Part shown: piece by piece, positions 28,397-38,160 of the stretch | How the letters are laid out: each line of letters opens with the position of its first letter | Numbering within the stretch: position 1 is the stretch's first letter | From: an uncultured Chloroflexia bacterium | GTDB lineage: Bacteria > Chloroflexota > Limnocylindria > Limnocylindrales > CSP1-4 | Direction: 5' to 3' | Assembly: GCA_963748625.1 (NCBI GenBank) | Contig: CAVVJT010000010.1 | Span: 864,001 to 928,000 of the forward strand | DNA: 64,000 nt | Made by a program: the position numbers and the translations under genes | Notes under the pieces: generated by a model | What the model saw: the letters and a program-made list of their open reading frames with translations, nothing else | Told to the model about the DNA's origin: nothing | The model's database searches: none

Positions 28397-29062
28397 TCAA
28401 CCCCCGCCCGACAGCCAGCCACCGGCCAGGTGCGCCGACGCCTCGTCGAAGTGCCGGCGCAACGCGGCCTCGACCGCCGCCGCATCCCGAGCCCGGAGCG
28501 CCGCGAGCACCGGCAGGTGCAGGTCCGCGGACCACTGCGCATCGGCCCCCGGCGCGACCAGCGTGATGTAGGTGCGCGAGAATGGCTCCAGGGACTGCCA
28601 CACCCGCTCCAGCGTGCCGTTCCCTGCCAGCGCGAGGATCCGCGCATGGAATGCCGCATCCACGACGGCCACGGCATGCCGGTCTCCAGCCCGCGCTGCG
28701 TTCTGCATGCCGGCGCCAAGCGCCTCGAGCTCGTCGAGGTCGGCCCCGGTCATCCCGGGCACACCCAGCCGCGCGCCCAGCGCCTCCAGCTCGGAGCGGA
28801 CGATGTACGCCTCCAGCAGCTCCGCCGTCGACGGCATTCGCACGCGCGCACCGCGGAACGGCATGATCTCCACGATCCCGAGCGCTTCGAGGCCGCGCAG
28901 GGCCTCCCGGACGGGCGCCTGGCTGACCCCGAGCTCCCGCGCCACCCGCGTCTCGACGATCCGCGCCTCGGGCGGATACTTGTCGGACAGGATGTCCTGC
29001 AGGAGCCGGTCCTTGACCTGCTCGGCGAGCACACTGCGGGAGATGGTCGGGTCGGCTGGCAT
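28397..29062 (-). CDS. GntR (FadR subfamily) regulator, paralogue of 25663-26409
   Basis: SRSVLAEQVKDRLL...ETRVARELGVSQAPVREAL...LEPFSRTYIT. Confidence 0.92.
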   Translation of the reverse strand: MPADPTISRSVLAEQVKDRLLQDILSDKYPPEARIVETRVARELGVSQAPVREALRGLEALGIVEIMPFRGARVRMPSTAELLEAYIVRSELEALGARLGVPGMTGADLDELEALGAGMQNAARAGDRHAVAVVDAAFHARILALAGNGTLERVWQSLEPFSRTYITLVAPGADAQWSADLHLPVLAALRARDAAAVEAALRRHFDEASAHLAGGWLSGGG

Positions 29063-29080
29063 GGAGCACTCGAGTGGGCT

Positions 29081-30016
29081 GTGAACGGTTCGGAGCATAG
29101 CGCTGCCACGCAGCCGCGAGGGCTCGAACAGCACGGCGATCCCGTCGCTGACGGGCGGATCGCGAGCGTCCCGCACCACTGGACAGTCTGGGCGTTCGCG
29201 GACATCCACGGCGTTGCCTCCGGCTTCGAGCAGGGGCTGCGCGAGGCGGGGCTGGTCGACGAGCGCCTCCGCTGGGTGGCCCCGCCCGAGACCGCGCTCG
29301 TGGGCTGTGGGGACTACGTGGACCGGGGCACGGCCAACCGCCGCGTGACCGCGCTCCTCCGTCGCCTCCAGGCGGAGGCTCAGGCCGCCGGCTCCCTCGT
29401 GATCCCCGCCCGTGGCAACCACGACCACCTTCTCTCCACGCTGGCCGAGGGCACCAGCGTCGATCTCGCCACCTGGCTGGCATATGGCGGCGGTGCCACC
29501 CTCGACGACTTCGGGCTCCCCACGCCGGATCGCGCCGACCCCGCCCCCACCCTGCGGCGCATGGACGAGGGGCAGCCGGGCTTCCTGGCGTGGCTGGCTT
29601 CCCTCCCTCACGCCGTCCGCTGGCGTGACGTCCTCTTCGTCCACGGCGGCCTCCCGCCATGGGCGGGCCTCGACGACTTCGGCACGCAGACCGAGCAGCA
29701 CCTCTACGTCCGCCGCGACTGGTTCACGACAGCGTGGGAGACGGGCGTGTTCACGCGCTTCGAGGAGGCAGGCATCGCGCGCGTCGTCTTCGGTCACACC
29801 CCGCGTCCTGACGGCGCGCAGCTGTTCCACGGTGGCCGCTCCATCGACCTCGACACCAACGCCTGCGGCAACCCCCACATGCCCGATGACGCCCGGCGCC
29901 TGGTCACCCTGCTCGAGCTGCACGGCGACATCCCCTTCGCGGAGGCCCGGCGGGTCGTCGTGGACACCCGCGACGCTCCCGACCGCTCGCGGATGCAACC
30001 TCCCGGCAACCCTTGA
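29081..30016 (+). CDS. Calcineurin-like metallophosphoesterase (PPP/ApaH-like)
   Basis: DIHG, GDYVDRG, RGNHD, VHGG, FGHT, DLDT. Start is uncertain. Confidence 0.85.
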   Translation: MNGSEHSAATQPRGLEQHGDPVADGRIASVPHHWTVWAFADIHGVASGFEQGLREAGLVDERLRWVAPPETALVGCGDYVDRGTANRRVTALLRRLQAEAQAAGSLVIPARGNHDHLLSTLAEGTSVDLATWLAYGGGATLDDFGLPTPDRADPAPTLRRMDEGQPGFLAWLASLPHAVRWRDVLFVHGGLPPWAGLDDFGTQTEQHLYVRRDWFTTAWETGVFTRFEEAGIARVVFGHTPRPDGAQLFHGGRSIDLDTNACGNPHMPDDARRLVTLLELHGDIPFAEARRVVVDTRDAPDRSRMQPPGNP

Positions 30017-30087
30017 CGACCGTCGGCCTCCGCGATGGCCGGCCCGCCCGGTGTAGGCTCGGGAACTACTGCTAGGAGACACCACCG

Positions 30088-31161
30088 ATGAACGCCCCCG
30101 CCAAGCTGAACGCTCTCGGCCAGAGCCTGTGGCTCGACAACATCACCCGTGACCTGCTCGACTCCGGCACGCTCGCGCGCTACATCGCGGAGCTCTCGGT
30201 CACCGGGCTCACGTCGAACCCGACGATCTACGACAAGGCGATCAGCGGCGGCACCTCCTACGACGAGGACGTGCGCGAAGGCGCCGCGGCCGGCCTCGAC
30301 GCCGAGGGCATCTTCTTCGAGCTTGCGCTGGCGGACCTGCGCCGGGCGGCCGACCTGTTCCGGCCCATCCACGACCGCACCCTGGGCGTGGACGGGTTCG
30401 TGTCGCTCGAGGTCTCACCCCTGCTGGCCGACGACGCGGAGCAGACGCAGGTCTGGGCGGCGAAGCTGCACGCAGCGGGCGGGCGGCCGAACCTGTTCAT
30501 CAAGATCCCGGGCACCCCGGCGGGCCTCGTCGCCATCGAGGAGACGATCTTCGCGGGCGTGCCGGTCAACGTGACGCTCCTCTTCAGCGTGGACCAGTAC
30601 CGCGGCTGCCTGGAGGCCTACACGCGGGGCATCGAGCGCCGCGTCGAGGCAGGGCTGTCGCCGTATGTCGCGTCCGTGGCGTCGGTGTTCGTCAGCCGCT
30701 GGGACGGGGCCACCGCGTCGAAGCTCCCGGCGGAGCTCAAGAACCGCCTGGGCCTGGCGATCGGGCGGGCCGCGTACGCCGAGTACCGGTCCTTCACCAG
30801 CTCCGACCGCTGGCAGCGCCTGGCGAACGTCGGCGCGCGGCCGCAGCGCCTGCTCTTCGCCTCCACCGGGACGAAGGACCCGGCCGAGTCGGACACGATG
30901 TACATCGGCGGGCTGGCCGCACCGAACACCGTCAACACGATGCCCGAGGACACGCTCCTCGCGTTCGGTGACCACGGCGAGATGGGTGGCCTGCTCGACC
31001 CGGACATGGAGCACGCGCTCAACGAGCTGGCACGCTTCGCCGATGCCGGCATCGACATCGACGGGCTGGGGGCCGAGCTGCAGGCCAAGGGCGCCGCGTC
31101 CTTCGTGGACTCGTGGGCGTCGCTGGTGAAGCGGATCGAGGAGAAGGCCGCCGCGGGCTGA
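30088..31161 (+). CDS. tal: Transaldolase
   Basis: GQSLWLDNI, GLTSNPTI, VSLEVSP, NLFIKIP, VNVTLLFS, VASVFVSR, ASTGTK, TVNTMP. Confidence 0.96.
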   Translation: MNAPAKLNALGQSLWLDNITRDLLDSGTLARYIAELSVTGLTSNPTIYDKAISGGTSYDEDVREGAAAGLDAEGIFFELALADLRRAADLFRPIHDRTLGVDGFVSLEVSPLLADDAEQTQVWAAKLHAAGGRPNLFIKIPGTPAGLVAIEETIFAGVPVNVTLLFSVDQYRGCLEAYTRGIERRVEAGLSPYVASVASVFVSRWDGATASKLPAELKNRLGLAIGRAAYAEYRSFTSSDRWQRLANVGARPQRLLFASTGTKDPAESDTMYIGGLAAPNTVNTMPEDTLLAFGDHGEMGGLLDPDMEHALNELARFADAGIDIDGLGAELQAKGAASFVDSWASLVKRIEEKAAAG

Positions 31162-31370
31162 GGCCGGGGCAGCCGCCGCGGCTTGAGGTCAGGGGCAGGC
31201 TGCAGCGGGGTCCGCACGCTGCCGCGGATGCGGCGGATGCGGCGGATGCCCGACACTGCCGCGGATGGACGCTGCGTCCGTGAACAAGTCGAGCCTCTAC
31301 CACAGGGTAGCGGGTCGCCACGGACACACCATCCAGCCACAGGATGCGGTCTCTGACACGCAGGGCCCGA

Positions 31371-34241
31371 TCAGAGGCGCTCCGCCAGCACCTCGGCGAG
31401 GTGGCGGGCGCGACGTCCGTCCAGGAACTCGATCTGCGTGCGGCACGAGAAGCCGTCGGCGAGGATCTCGGTGCCCGCGCCGGTCGCGCGCAGGGCCGGC
31501 ATGAGCGCCAGTTCCGCGACGTCCCTCGAGATCTTCTCGTGGCCGGCCTCCGCGCCGAAGGAGCCCGCGAGGCCGCAGCAGCCCGCGAGGGTCTGCGTCG
31601 GGGTGATGCCCGCAGCGGTCATCAGGCGTGTGTCGGCCGCGGTGCCAATCACGGCCTGCTGGTGGCAGTGGGGCTGGACGAGGGCTTCGATCGGCGCGCC
31701 GTCGGGCGGGATCCAGCCGGCCTCATCGAGCACCTCCGCCAGGGTCCGGACCCGCCGCGCCACCGAGGCGCCGCGCTCGTCGTGCGGCAGGAGCTCGCCG
31801 ATGTCGCGGCGCAGGGAGGCGGCGCATGAGGGCTCAAGGACGACGATCGGCTCCTCACCCGCGAGTTCAGGGGCGGCAAGCGTCCGGGCCACCACCGCCT
31901 TCGCTGCGTCGAGCTGACCGGTCGTCACGTACGTGAGCCCGCAGCACACCTGGGTGCGCGGCACCACGGGCTCGAAGCCCGCCGCGCGGAGCACCCGCAG
32001 GGCCGCCATCCCGACCTCCGGCTGGAGATGGTTCGTGAAGGTGTCAGGCCAGACCACGACGCGGCCCCGCGGCGCGGGGGATGCGGGACGCGGGAGCGCT
32101 TCCCGGTCCGCCTGCTGCTGGAACGACCGCCGCGCGATCGGCGGGATCCTCCGCTCCCCACTGATCCCCGCGATCAGCCCGAAGAGCCGCCGCGCAGGCG
32201 CAACCCGCATGACGCCGTTCGCCGCCGCGACACCCACCCCGCCCGGCACCCGCCGAACGAGGCGCAACCACGCCGGCAGTCGGCCCAGCGAGTAGTGCAT
32301 GCGCGGTCGCCGCCGGCCGCGGTAGGCATGGTCGAGGACCTCGGCCTTGTACGTCGCCATGTCCACGCCCGTCGGGCAGTCGGACAGGCACGCCCGGCAG
32401 GAGAGGCACAGGTCGAGGGCGTCGAGGACGTCGGCCGAGCGCCATCCGTCCGCCGCCAGCGAGCCAGCCGCCATCTCCTGGAGCAGCCGCGCCCGGCCCC
32501 GGGTGGAGTGGCGTTCCTCCCCGGTTGCCCGGTATGACGGGCACATCGCCGCAGTCCCCTGCCGCGAGATGCACTTCCCCACCCCGATGCACCGCTCGAC
32601 GCCGGCCCGCAGGTCGCCGCCGTCGGCCTCGTGGGCCAGCACCGGCGCAAGATTCAGGAGCGTCGGCCGCGGCCGGCGGAGGTCCACGTCGAGGGGCACG
32701 GCGTCCACGAGGATCCCCAGGTTCAGCCCGTTTCCCGGGTCCCACGCGCGCTTCCAGGCCCGGAACGCCTCGAGCAGCTCCGGGGAGAAGATGCGCCCGA
32801 GGAGTTCGCCGCGTGCGCGCCCGTCGCCGTGCTCCCCGCTCAGCGTCCCGCCGTGGCGCGCCAGCAGATCCGCCGCCGCCTCCATGAACCCTCGCAGGCG
32901 CGCCTCCCCACCCGGCCGGTCCAGCCCGAACCCCACCCGCAGGTGGATGCATCCCTCCCCGAAATGGCCGTACGTGACGCCCTGGAGGCCTTGGTCGCGC
33001 AGGAGCACCCGCAGCTCGCCCAGGTATGCACCCAGGCGCGCAGGTGGCACCGCTCCATCCTCGAAGCCGGGCCACGCGGGCGAGCCGTCCGCGAGTCGCG
33101 CGGCTCTGCCGGCCCCATCCTCGCGCACACGCCAGAGCTCCGCCTGGGCACCGGCCGCCTCGTGGAGCACGGCGTCGGCCGCCCCGACCCGCGTCCCGAC
33201 GGCTGCCGCCAGGCGGGCCGCCTGCGCGCGCATCGCCCCCGCATCCTCCCCACCGACCTCGCACAGCAGCCACGCGCCTGCCGGCGGCAGCAGGCCCGGG
33301 TCCTTCCAGCCGGTCAGCAGCTCGGCGGTGAGGCTCTCCACGGTGTACGGCTGCTCCGGCAGCAGCGAGGGCACGGCCGAGGCCGCCGCGATGTCATCCG
33401 CGAAGGCAAGTACCAGCAGGCCCTTGGAGGCAGGCGGGCGCTCCAGGCGGAGCGTTGCGGCCGAGACCACGGCGCACGTCCCCTCCGTGCCCACGAGGGC
33501 TCGGGCGAGGTCGCTCCCCCGCTCCGCCAGCAGCCAGTCGAGGGCGTACCCGGACACGCGCCGCGGCCAGGGCGCAAGCTCCCGGCGAATGGTGTCGCCA
33601 TGCACGGCCAGCAGGTCCGCGATGGCGGCCGTCGCACGCGGCGCCGGACCCTCCGACGCGAATGGCCCGGTGCCCCGCAGATCCCCGACCCGCCGGCGGA
33701 CCCCGTCGGCCGTGACCAGCTCCAGGCCCAGGGTGGCGTCGGCCGTCGTCCCCCAGCGCACCGAGTGGCTGCCGCAGGCGTTGTTGCCCACCATCCCGCC
33801 GATGGTGCATCGGCTGTGCGTGGATGGATCAGGCCCGATGCGCAGGCCGTGGCGCGCGGCCGCCACCTGGACATCGTCGAGCACCGTGCCCGGCAGGACC
33901 GTGACCGTGGCGGTGTCCGGATCCAGGTCCAGGATCCCGGCCATGTGCCGCGAGGTGTCCACCACCAGCCCCGGCCCGATCGCGTTCCCGGCGATCGACG
34001 TCCCGGCGCCGCGCATCGTGAGCGGCACGCCGGCCTCGGCGGCCAGCGCAACCACGGCAGCCAGGTCGTCCGCGTCCCGCGGAGCCACGACGGCACCGGG
34101 GAGCACACGGTAGTTCGACGCGTCCGAGCTGTAGAGCGCGCGCGTCCCGACGTCATCCGCCACCGACCCGCGCACGGTCGACCGCAGCCGCGCCACGACG
34201 GCTGCGAGCGGTTCGGCGGCAGGACCGGGGACGACGGTCAT
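31371..34241 (-). CDS. FAD-linked oxidase fused to Fe-S/CCG domains (YdiJ/GlcD-GlcF-type 2-hydroxyacid dehydrogenase)
   Basis: RGAGTSIAG, GGMVGNNACG, GHFGEGCIH, SGEHGDG, CIGVGKC, CLSCRAC..DCP, CCG motifs. Confidence 0.9.
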   Translation of the reverse strand: MTVVPGPAAEPLAAVVARLRSTVRGSVADDVGTRALYSSDASNYRVLPGAVVAPRDADDLAAVVALAAEAGVPLTMRGAGTSIAGNAIGPGLVVDTSRHMAGILDLDPDTATVTVLPGTVLDDVQVAAARHGLRIGPDPSTHSRCTIGGMVGNNACGSHSVRWGTTADATLGLELVTADGVRRRVGDLRGTGPFASEGPAPRATAAIADLLAVHGDTIRRELAPWPRRVSGYALDWLLAERGSDLARALVGTEGTCAVVSAATLRLERPPASKGLLVLAFADDIAAASAVPSLLPEQPYTVESLTAELLTGWKDPGLLPPAGAWLLCEVGGEDAGAMRAQAARLAAAVGTRVGAADAVLHEAAGAQAELWRVREDGAGRAARLADGSPAWPGFEDGAVPPARLGAYLGELRVLLRDQGLQGVTYGHFGEGCIHLRVGFGLDRPGGEARLRGFMEAAADLLARHGGTLSGEHGDGRARGELLGRIFSPELLEAFRAWKRAWDPGNGLNLGILVDAVPLDVDLRRPRPTLLNLAPVLAHEADGGDLRAGVERCIGVGKCISRQGTAAMCPSYRATGEERHSTRGRARLLQEMAAGSLAADGWRSADVLDALDLCLSCRACLSDCPTGVDMATYKAEVLDHAYRGRRRPRMHYSLGRLPAWLRLVRRVPGGVGVAAANGVMRVAPARRLFGLIAGISGERRIPPIARRSFQQQADREALPRPASPAPRGRVVVWPDTFTNHLQPEVGMAALRVLRAAGFEPVVPRTQVCCGLTYVTTGQLDAAKAVVARTLAAPELAGEEPIVVLEPSCAASLRRDIGELLPHDERGASVARRVRTLAEVLDEAGWIPPDGAPIEALVQPHCHQQAVIGTAADTRLMTAAGITPTQTLAGCCGLAGSFGAEAGHEKISRDVAELALMPALRATGAGTEILADGFSCRTQIEFLDGRRARHLAEVLAERL

Positions 34242-34320
34242 CGGCAGGCTCCCGTACGAGGGTCGACGTGGACACTCAGGGTACGGTGCCGGGACTTGAC
34301 AGGTCGGCCGGCAGCATCGA

Positions 34321-34338
34321 TAGTTGCACGCGCAACCA
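34321..34338. promoter_or_regulatory. Imperfect palindrome, candidate repressor (MarR-like) site upstream of pirin
   Basis: TAGTTGCACGCGCAACCA with GTTGC/GCAAC arms, in the divergent promoter region. Confidence 0.4.
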
Positions 34339-34379
34339 CACAGTGGAACCACACATCAGCCAGGAAGGCAGGCGTCCCC

Positions 34380-35394
34380 ATGCCGGCCGTCACCGTCGAC
34401 GACCTCACGATTCTCCCCCGGATCTCCCTCCCCGACCCGATGGTCGCCCGCCAGCGGCCCGTCACGGCGCTCACCACCGCGCCCAAGGGCTACGAGGGCG
34501 AGGGCTTCCCGGTGCGTCGCGCGTTCGCCGGTGTCTATCTCGAGGACCTGGATCCGTTCATCCACCTCGACCAGATGGGCGAGGTGGAGTACGCGCCGGG
34601 CGAGGCGAAGGGCACGCCGTGGCACCCCCACCGCGGCTTCGAGACCGTGACGTACCTGCTCGACGGCGTCTTCGAGCACGCGGACTCCAACGGCGGGGGC
34701 GGCGTCATCACCAACGGCGACACGCAGTGGATGACGGCGGGCGCCGGCATCCTCCACATCGAGAGGCCACCGGAGTGGCTGGTCGCCCAGGGTGGCCTGT
34801 TCCACGGGTTCCAGCTGTGGGTGAACCTGCCGCGCTCGATGAAGCTGGTCGCCGCCGCGCTACCAGGACATCCGTGCGTCGGAGGTCTCGCTGCTGACGT
34901 CGCACGACGGCGGCGCACTGGTGCGGGTGATCGCGGGTGAGGTGGCCGGCCACGCCGGTCCGGGCATCACGCACACGCCGATCACGCTGCTGCACATCAC
35001 GCTGGCGCCGGGCGCATCGATCCAGCTGCCCTGGCGGGCGGATTACAACGCGCTGGGCTACGTGCTGGCGGGACACGGGTCCGTGGGGGCCGAGCGCCGG
35101 CCGGCGCAGATGGGGCAGCTCGCGGTCTTCGGGACCGGGAACACGCTCACGTTCTCAGCCGATGCCGTGCAGGAGAGCCGGGCGCCCTCGCTGGACGTGC
35201 TGGTGCTGGGCGGGCGCCCGATCCAGGAGCCGGTCGCGTGGATGGGCCCCTTCGTGATGAACACGCGCGAGGAGGTCATGCAGGCGTTCGAGGACTACCA
35301 GGCCGGACGCCTCGGGCAGATCCCCGCGGTGCACAACACGCCGGCGGGGATCCAGGAGACGCGCAAGGCCGACGGGGAAGAAGCCGGAGCCTGA
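34380..35394 (+). CDS. Pirin family protein (one frameshift near 34855)
   Basis: EGEGFPVRRAF, WHPHRGFETVTY, QWMTAGAGILHIE, QLWVNLP; continues in another frame with GPFVMNT. Confidence 0.88.
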
Positions 35395-35411
35395 AGCGCG
35401 ACGCTTTCGGG

Positions 35412-35873
35412 CTACTCGCCCGTGACGAGCGGGTTGCCCGCGGCCGCCCAGTCCTTCACGCCGCCGGCCATGCTGGTGACGCTGGGCAGGCCCGCCTCGA
35501 GCAGGATGTCGCGGCCCGCCTGGGAGCGGTTGCCCGAGCGGCAGACCACGACGACCTGCTGGTCCGCCGGGACTTCCTTGACGCGGTTCGGCAGCTCGCC
35601 CAGCGGGATGAGCGTGGCGCCGTCGATGTGGCCCTCCACCCACTCGGAGGGCTCGCGGACATCGAGCACGAACGCGCCCGCAGCCTGGAGCTCCTTGGCC
35701 TTGGCGACGTCCACCTCAGCGGGGAGCGCAGCAGGCGCAGCCGCACCGGCACCGGAACCGGACGTGGCGGCGGGGGCAGGGGTGGCGGCTCCACCGCCAC
35801 AGGCGGCGAGGGCGACCACGACGAGGGCAAGAGCCGCGAGGCGGCGAACGCGAGAGATCGCGGGAGAGGTCAC
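35412..35873 (-). CDS. Rhodanese-domain lipoprotein
   Basis: Lipobox LAAC; LDVREPSEWVEGHIDGA, active-site CRSGNRS. Confidence 0.9.
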   Translation of the reverse strand: MTSPAISRVRRLAALALVVVALAACGGGAATPAPAATSGSGAGAAAPAALPAEVDVAKAKELQAAGAFVLDVREPSEWVEGHIDGATLIPLGELPNRVKEVPADQQVVVVCRSGNRSQAGRDILLEAGLPSVTSMAGGVKDWAAAGNPLVTGE

Positions 35874-35931
35874 GGGTGACTCCGGGTGCGGGTGACGGGC
35901 GGTGGTGTCGACGACAGGCCCGCCGGTGCGC

Positions 35932-36447
35932 TCACGCCCGACCGGGCCGGGAACTCCGATGGTACCGCTCCATCACGGATTCGACCGCCGAGCGTGCCTC
36001 CCGCCAGACCTCCTGGTCGCCGGCGATGTCGGCGCCCGGCCCGAACCGCGCCACCTGGGCCATCGCGTTGATCACCGCCGTGTGCTGCTCGAGCCGCGAA
36101 CGCCCGGCATCGACGACGCCCGTGACCAGGTACCGGCGCACGAGGTCGAACGGTGCAGTCCAGCGGCCGATCCTGATCCGGTCACCCGTCCGCAGCGTGT
36201 CGAGCCAGTCGTCGTCGCCCACCGGGAAGCGATCGTGCTCCACGACGTGGGCGTTGACGTCCAGCCGGAAGCCCGGCCGAGCCTGCGATGGGAATCGGCC
36301 GTCCGCATCCGACTCTCGGTAGCAGACGGGGCACTCGGGCAGGCGGGCAGATACGTGCGGGGCATCCCCGAAGCGCAGCCCGCATCGCCGGCACATGACG
36401 GCATCGACGCGCGACGTCGTGGCGCCGCACTGGAGGCAGGTTCGCAC
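35932..36447 (-). CDS. Hypothetical protein with zinc-ribbon motifs
   Basis: CLQC...CRRC...CPVC...HVVEH; lies between pgm and the rhodanese gene. Confidence 0.6.
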   Translation of the reverse strand: MRTCLQCGATTSRVDAVMCRRCGLRFGDAPHVSARLPECPVCYRESDADGRFPSQARPGFRLDVNAHVVEHDRFPVGDDDWLDTLRTGDRIRIGRWTAPFDLVRRYLVTGVVDAGRSRLEQHTAVINAMAQVARFGPGADIAGDQEVWREARSAVESVMERYHRSSRPGRA

Positions 36448-36452
36448 CCGCG

Positions 36453-38114
36453 TCAGCCCGGCGTCCGCCCGGCCTTGGCCACGATCACCCGCGCCTCGTC
36501 CAGGATCAGGGCGAGATGCTCCTCGCCGCGGAAGGACTCGGCGTAGAGCTTGGTCACGTTCTCAGTGCCCGACGGACGGGCGGCGAACCACCCGAAGTCC
36601 GTGGTCACCTTCAGACCGCCGATCGGGGCGTCGTTGCCGGGAGCACGCGTGAGCTTGGCCGTGATCGGGTCGCCGGCCAGGATCGTGGCCGAGACGGACG
36701 ACGGCGAGAGACGTCCGAGCGCCGCCTTGACCTCCACCGTGGCCGGTGCGTCGATGCGCTTGTACGCCGGGGAACCGAACCGCTCTGTGAGCCCCACGTA
36801 GGTCTCCCACGGGTTCTTGCCGGTCTTCGCCGTGAGCTCGCAGGCGAGCAGGTCGGCGATCAGGCCGTCCTTGTCGGTGGTCCAGACGCTGCCGTCCATG
36901 CGCAGGAAGCTCGCCCCGGCGCTCTCCTCGCCACCGAAGCCCACCGTGCCGTCCACCAGGCCGTCCACGAACCACTTGAAGCCCACGGGGACCTCGAGGA
37001 GACGGCGGCCGAGGTCGGCGACGACGCGGTCGATGATCGAGGACGACACGAGGGTCTTGCCCACCGCGACATCCGGACCCCACGCGCGCCCACCTCCGAA
37101 TAGGTACGAGACGCACGCGGCGATCACGTGGTTGGGGTTCATGAGACCCACCTGCGGGACCACGATCCCGTGCCGGTCGGCGTCGGCGTCGTTGCCCAGG
37201 GCGATGTCGAAGCGGTCGCGCAGGCCAACGAGCCCGGCCATCGCGAACGGCGACGACGGGTCCATGCGGATGCGCCCGTCCCAGTCGAGCGTCATGAATC
37301 CGAAGGTCGGGTCCACCGTGGTGTTCACGACCGTCAGGTCCAGGCCGTACTGCTCGCCGATCAGGCCCCAGTACGCGACCGCCGCGCCGCCCAGCGGGTC
37401 CACGCCCAGCCTGAGGCCTGACGCGCTGATCGCCGCGAGGTCCACCACGTTCGGAAGGTCGTCCACGTAGGCCTGGCGGAACGGGTACGTCCCAGCCTGC
37501 GCCCGCGCCTGCTCGAAGGGCACGCGCTTGATGCCCGCCAGCCCGTCCGGGCCGGACGCCGCCAGGATCCGGTTCGCCTCGTCCTGGACCCACTTCGTGA
37601 CGTCGGTGTCGGCCGGGCCGCCGTTGGGCGGGTTGTACTTGAAGCCGCCGTCCTCGGGCGGGTTGTGGGACGGGGTGACCACGATGCCGTCTGCGAGGCC
37701 ATCGGCAAGGGTGCGGCCCCGGTTCGCGACGATGATCGCCAGCGAGAGCGCCGGCGTGGGCGTGTACCCGTCTTCCGCGTCCACGCGCACGTCGACGCCA
37801 TTGGCGACCAGCACCTCCAGCGCGGTGCGCCAGGCGGGCGCTGACAGGGCGTGGGTGTCGCGGGCGATGAACAGCGGCCCGGTATAGCCCTGCAGCGTGC
37901 GGTAGCGGCAGATCGCCTCCGTGGTCGCGAGGATGTGGTCCTCGTTGAAGGCGGCCTTGAACGCGGATCCGCGGTGGCCCGACGTGCCGAAGGCGACCCG
38001 CTGGGCGGGATCGAACGGATCGGGATGGAGCTTGTAGTAGGCACGCTCGAGGGCGGCGAGGTCCACGAGCTCGGAGGGCAGGGCGGGCAGGCCGGCGCGC
38101 GGGTTCTGGCTCAT
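36453..38114 (-). CDS. pgm: Phosphoglucomutase
   Basis: [14 protein letters not shown] (phospho-Ser), DADADR, GFKWF, GEESAG, RPSGTE. Confidence 0.97.
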   Translation of the reverse strand: MSQNPRAGLPALPSELVDLAALERAYYKLHPDPFDPAQRVAFGTSGHRGSAFKAAFNEDHILATTEAICRYRTLQGYTGPLFIARDTHALSAPAWRTALEVLVANGVDVRVDAEDGYTPTPALSLAIIVANRGRTLADGLADGIVVTPSHNPPEDGGFKYNPPNGGPADTDVTKWVQDEANRILAASGPDGLAGIKRVPFEQARAQAGTYPFRQAYVDDLPNVVDLAAISASGLRLGVDPLGGAAVAYWGLIGEQYGLDLTVVNTTVDPTFGFMTLDWDGRIRMDPSSPFAMAGLVGLRDRFDIALGNDADADRHGIVVPQVGLMNPNHVIAACVSYLFGGGRAWGPDVAVGKTLVSSSIIDRVVADLGRRLLEVPVGFKWFVDGLVDGTVGFGGEESAGASFLRMDGSVWTTDKDGLIADLLACELTAKTGKNPWETYVGLTERFGSPAYKRIDAPATVEVKAALGRLSPSSVSATILAGDPITAKLTRAPGNDAPIGGLKVTTDFGWFAARPSGTENVTKLYAESFRGEEHLALILDEARVIVAKAGRTPG

Positions 38115-38160
38115 CGGTTGGTCGGGTCCTCTGGGCGACGGGAGGAACGCGTGTCGCCGG

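Noticed and set aside
31224-31249. (GCGGATGCG) about x3 tandem repeat; also the 15-bp repeat near 39000
   Set aside because: These are short direct tandem repeats without spacers or cas genes, so not CRISPR; most likely slippage products.
34840-34870. Programmed frameshift in pirin (and similarly in NAPRTase and pepA)
   Set aside because: No slippery heptamer is evident, and single extra bases recur across many unrelated genes, which fits sequencing error.
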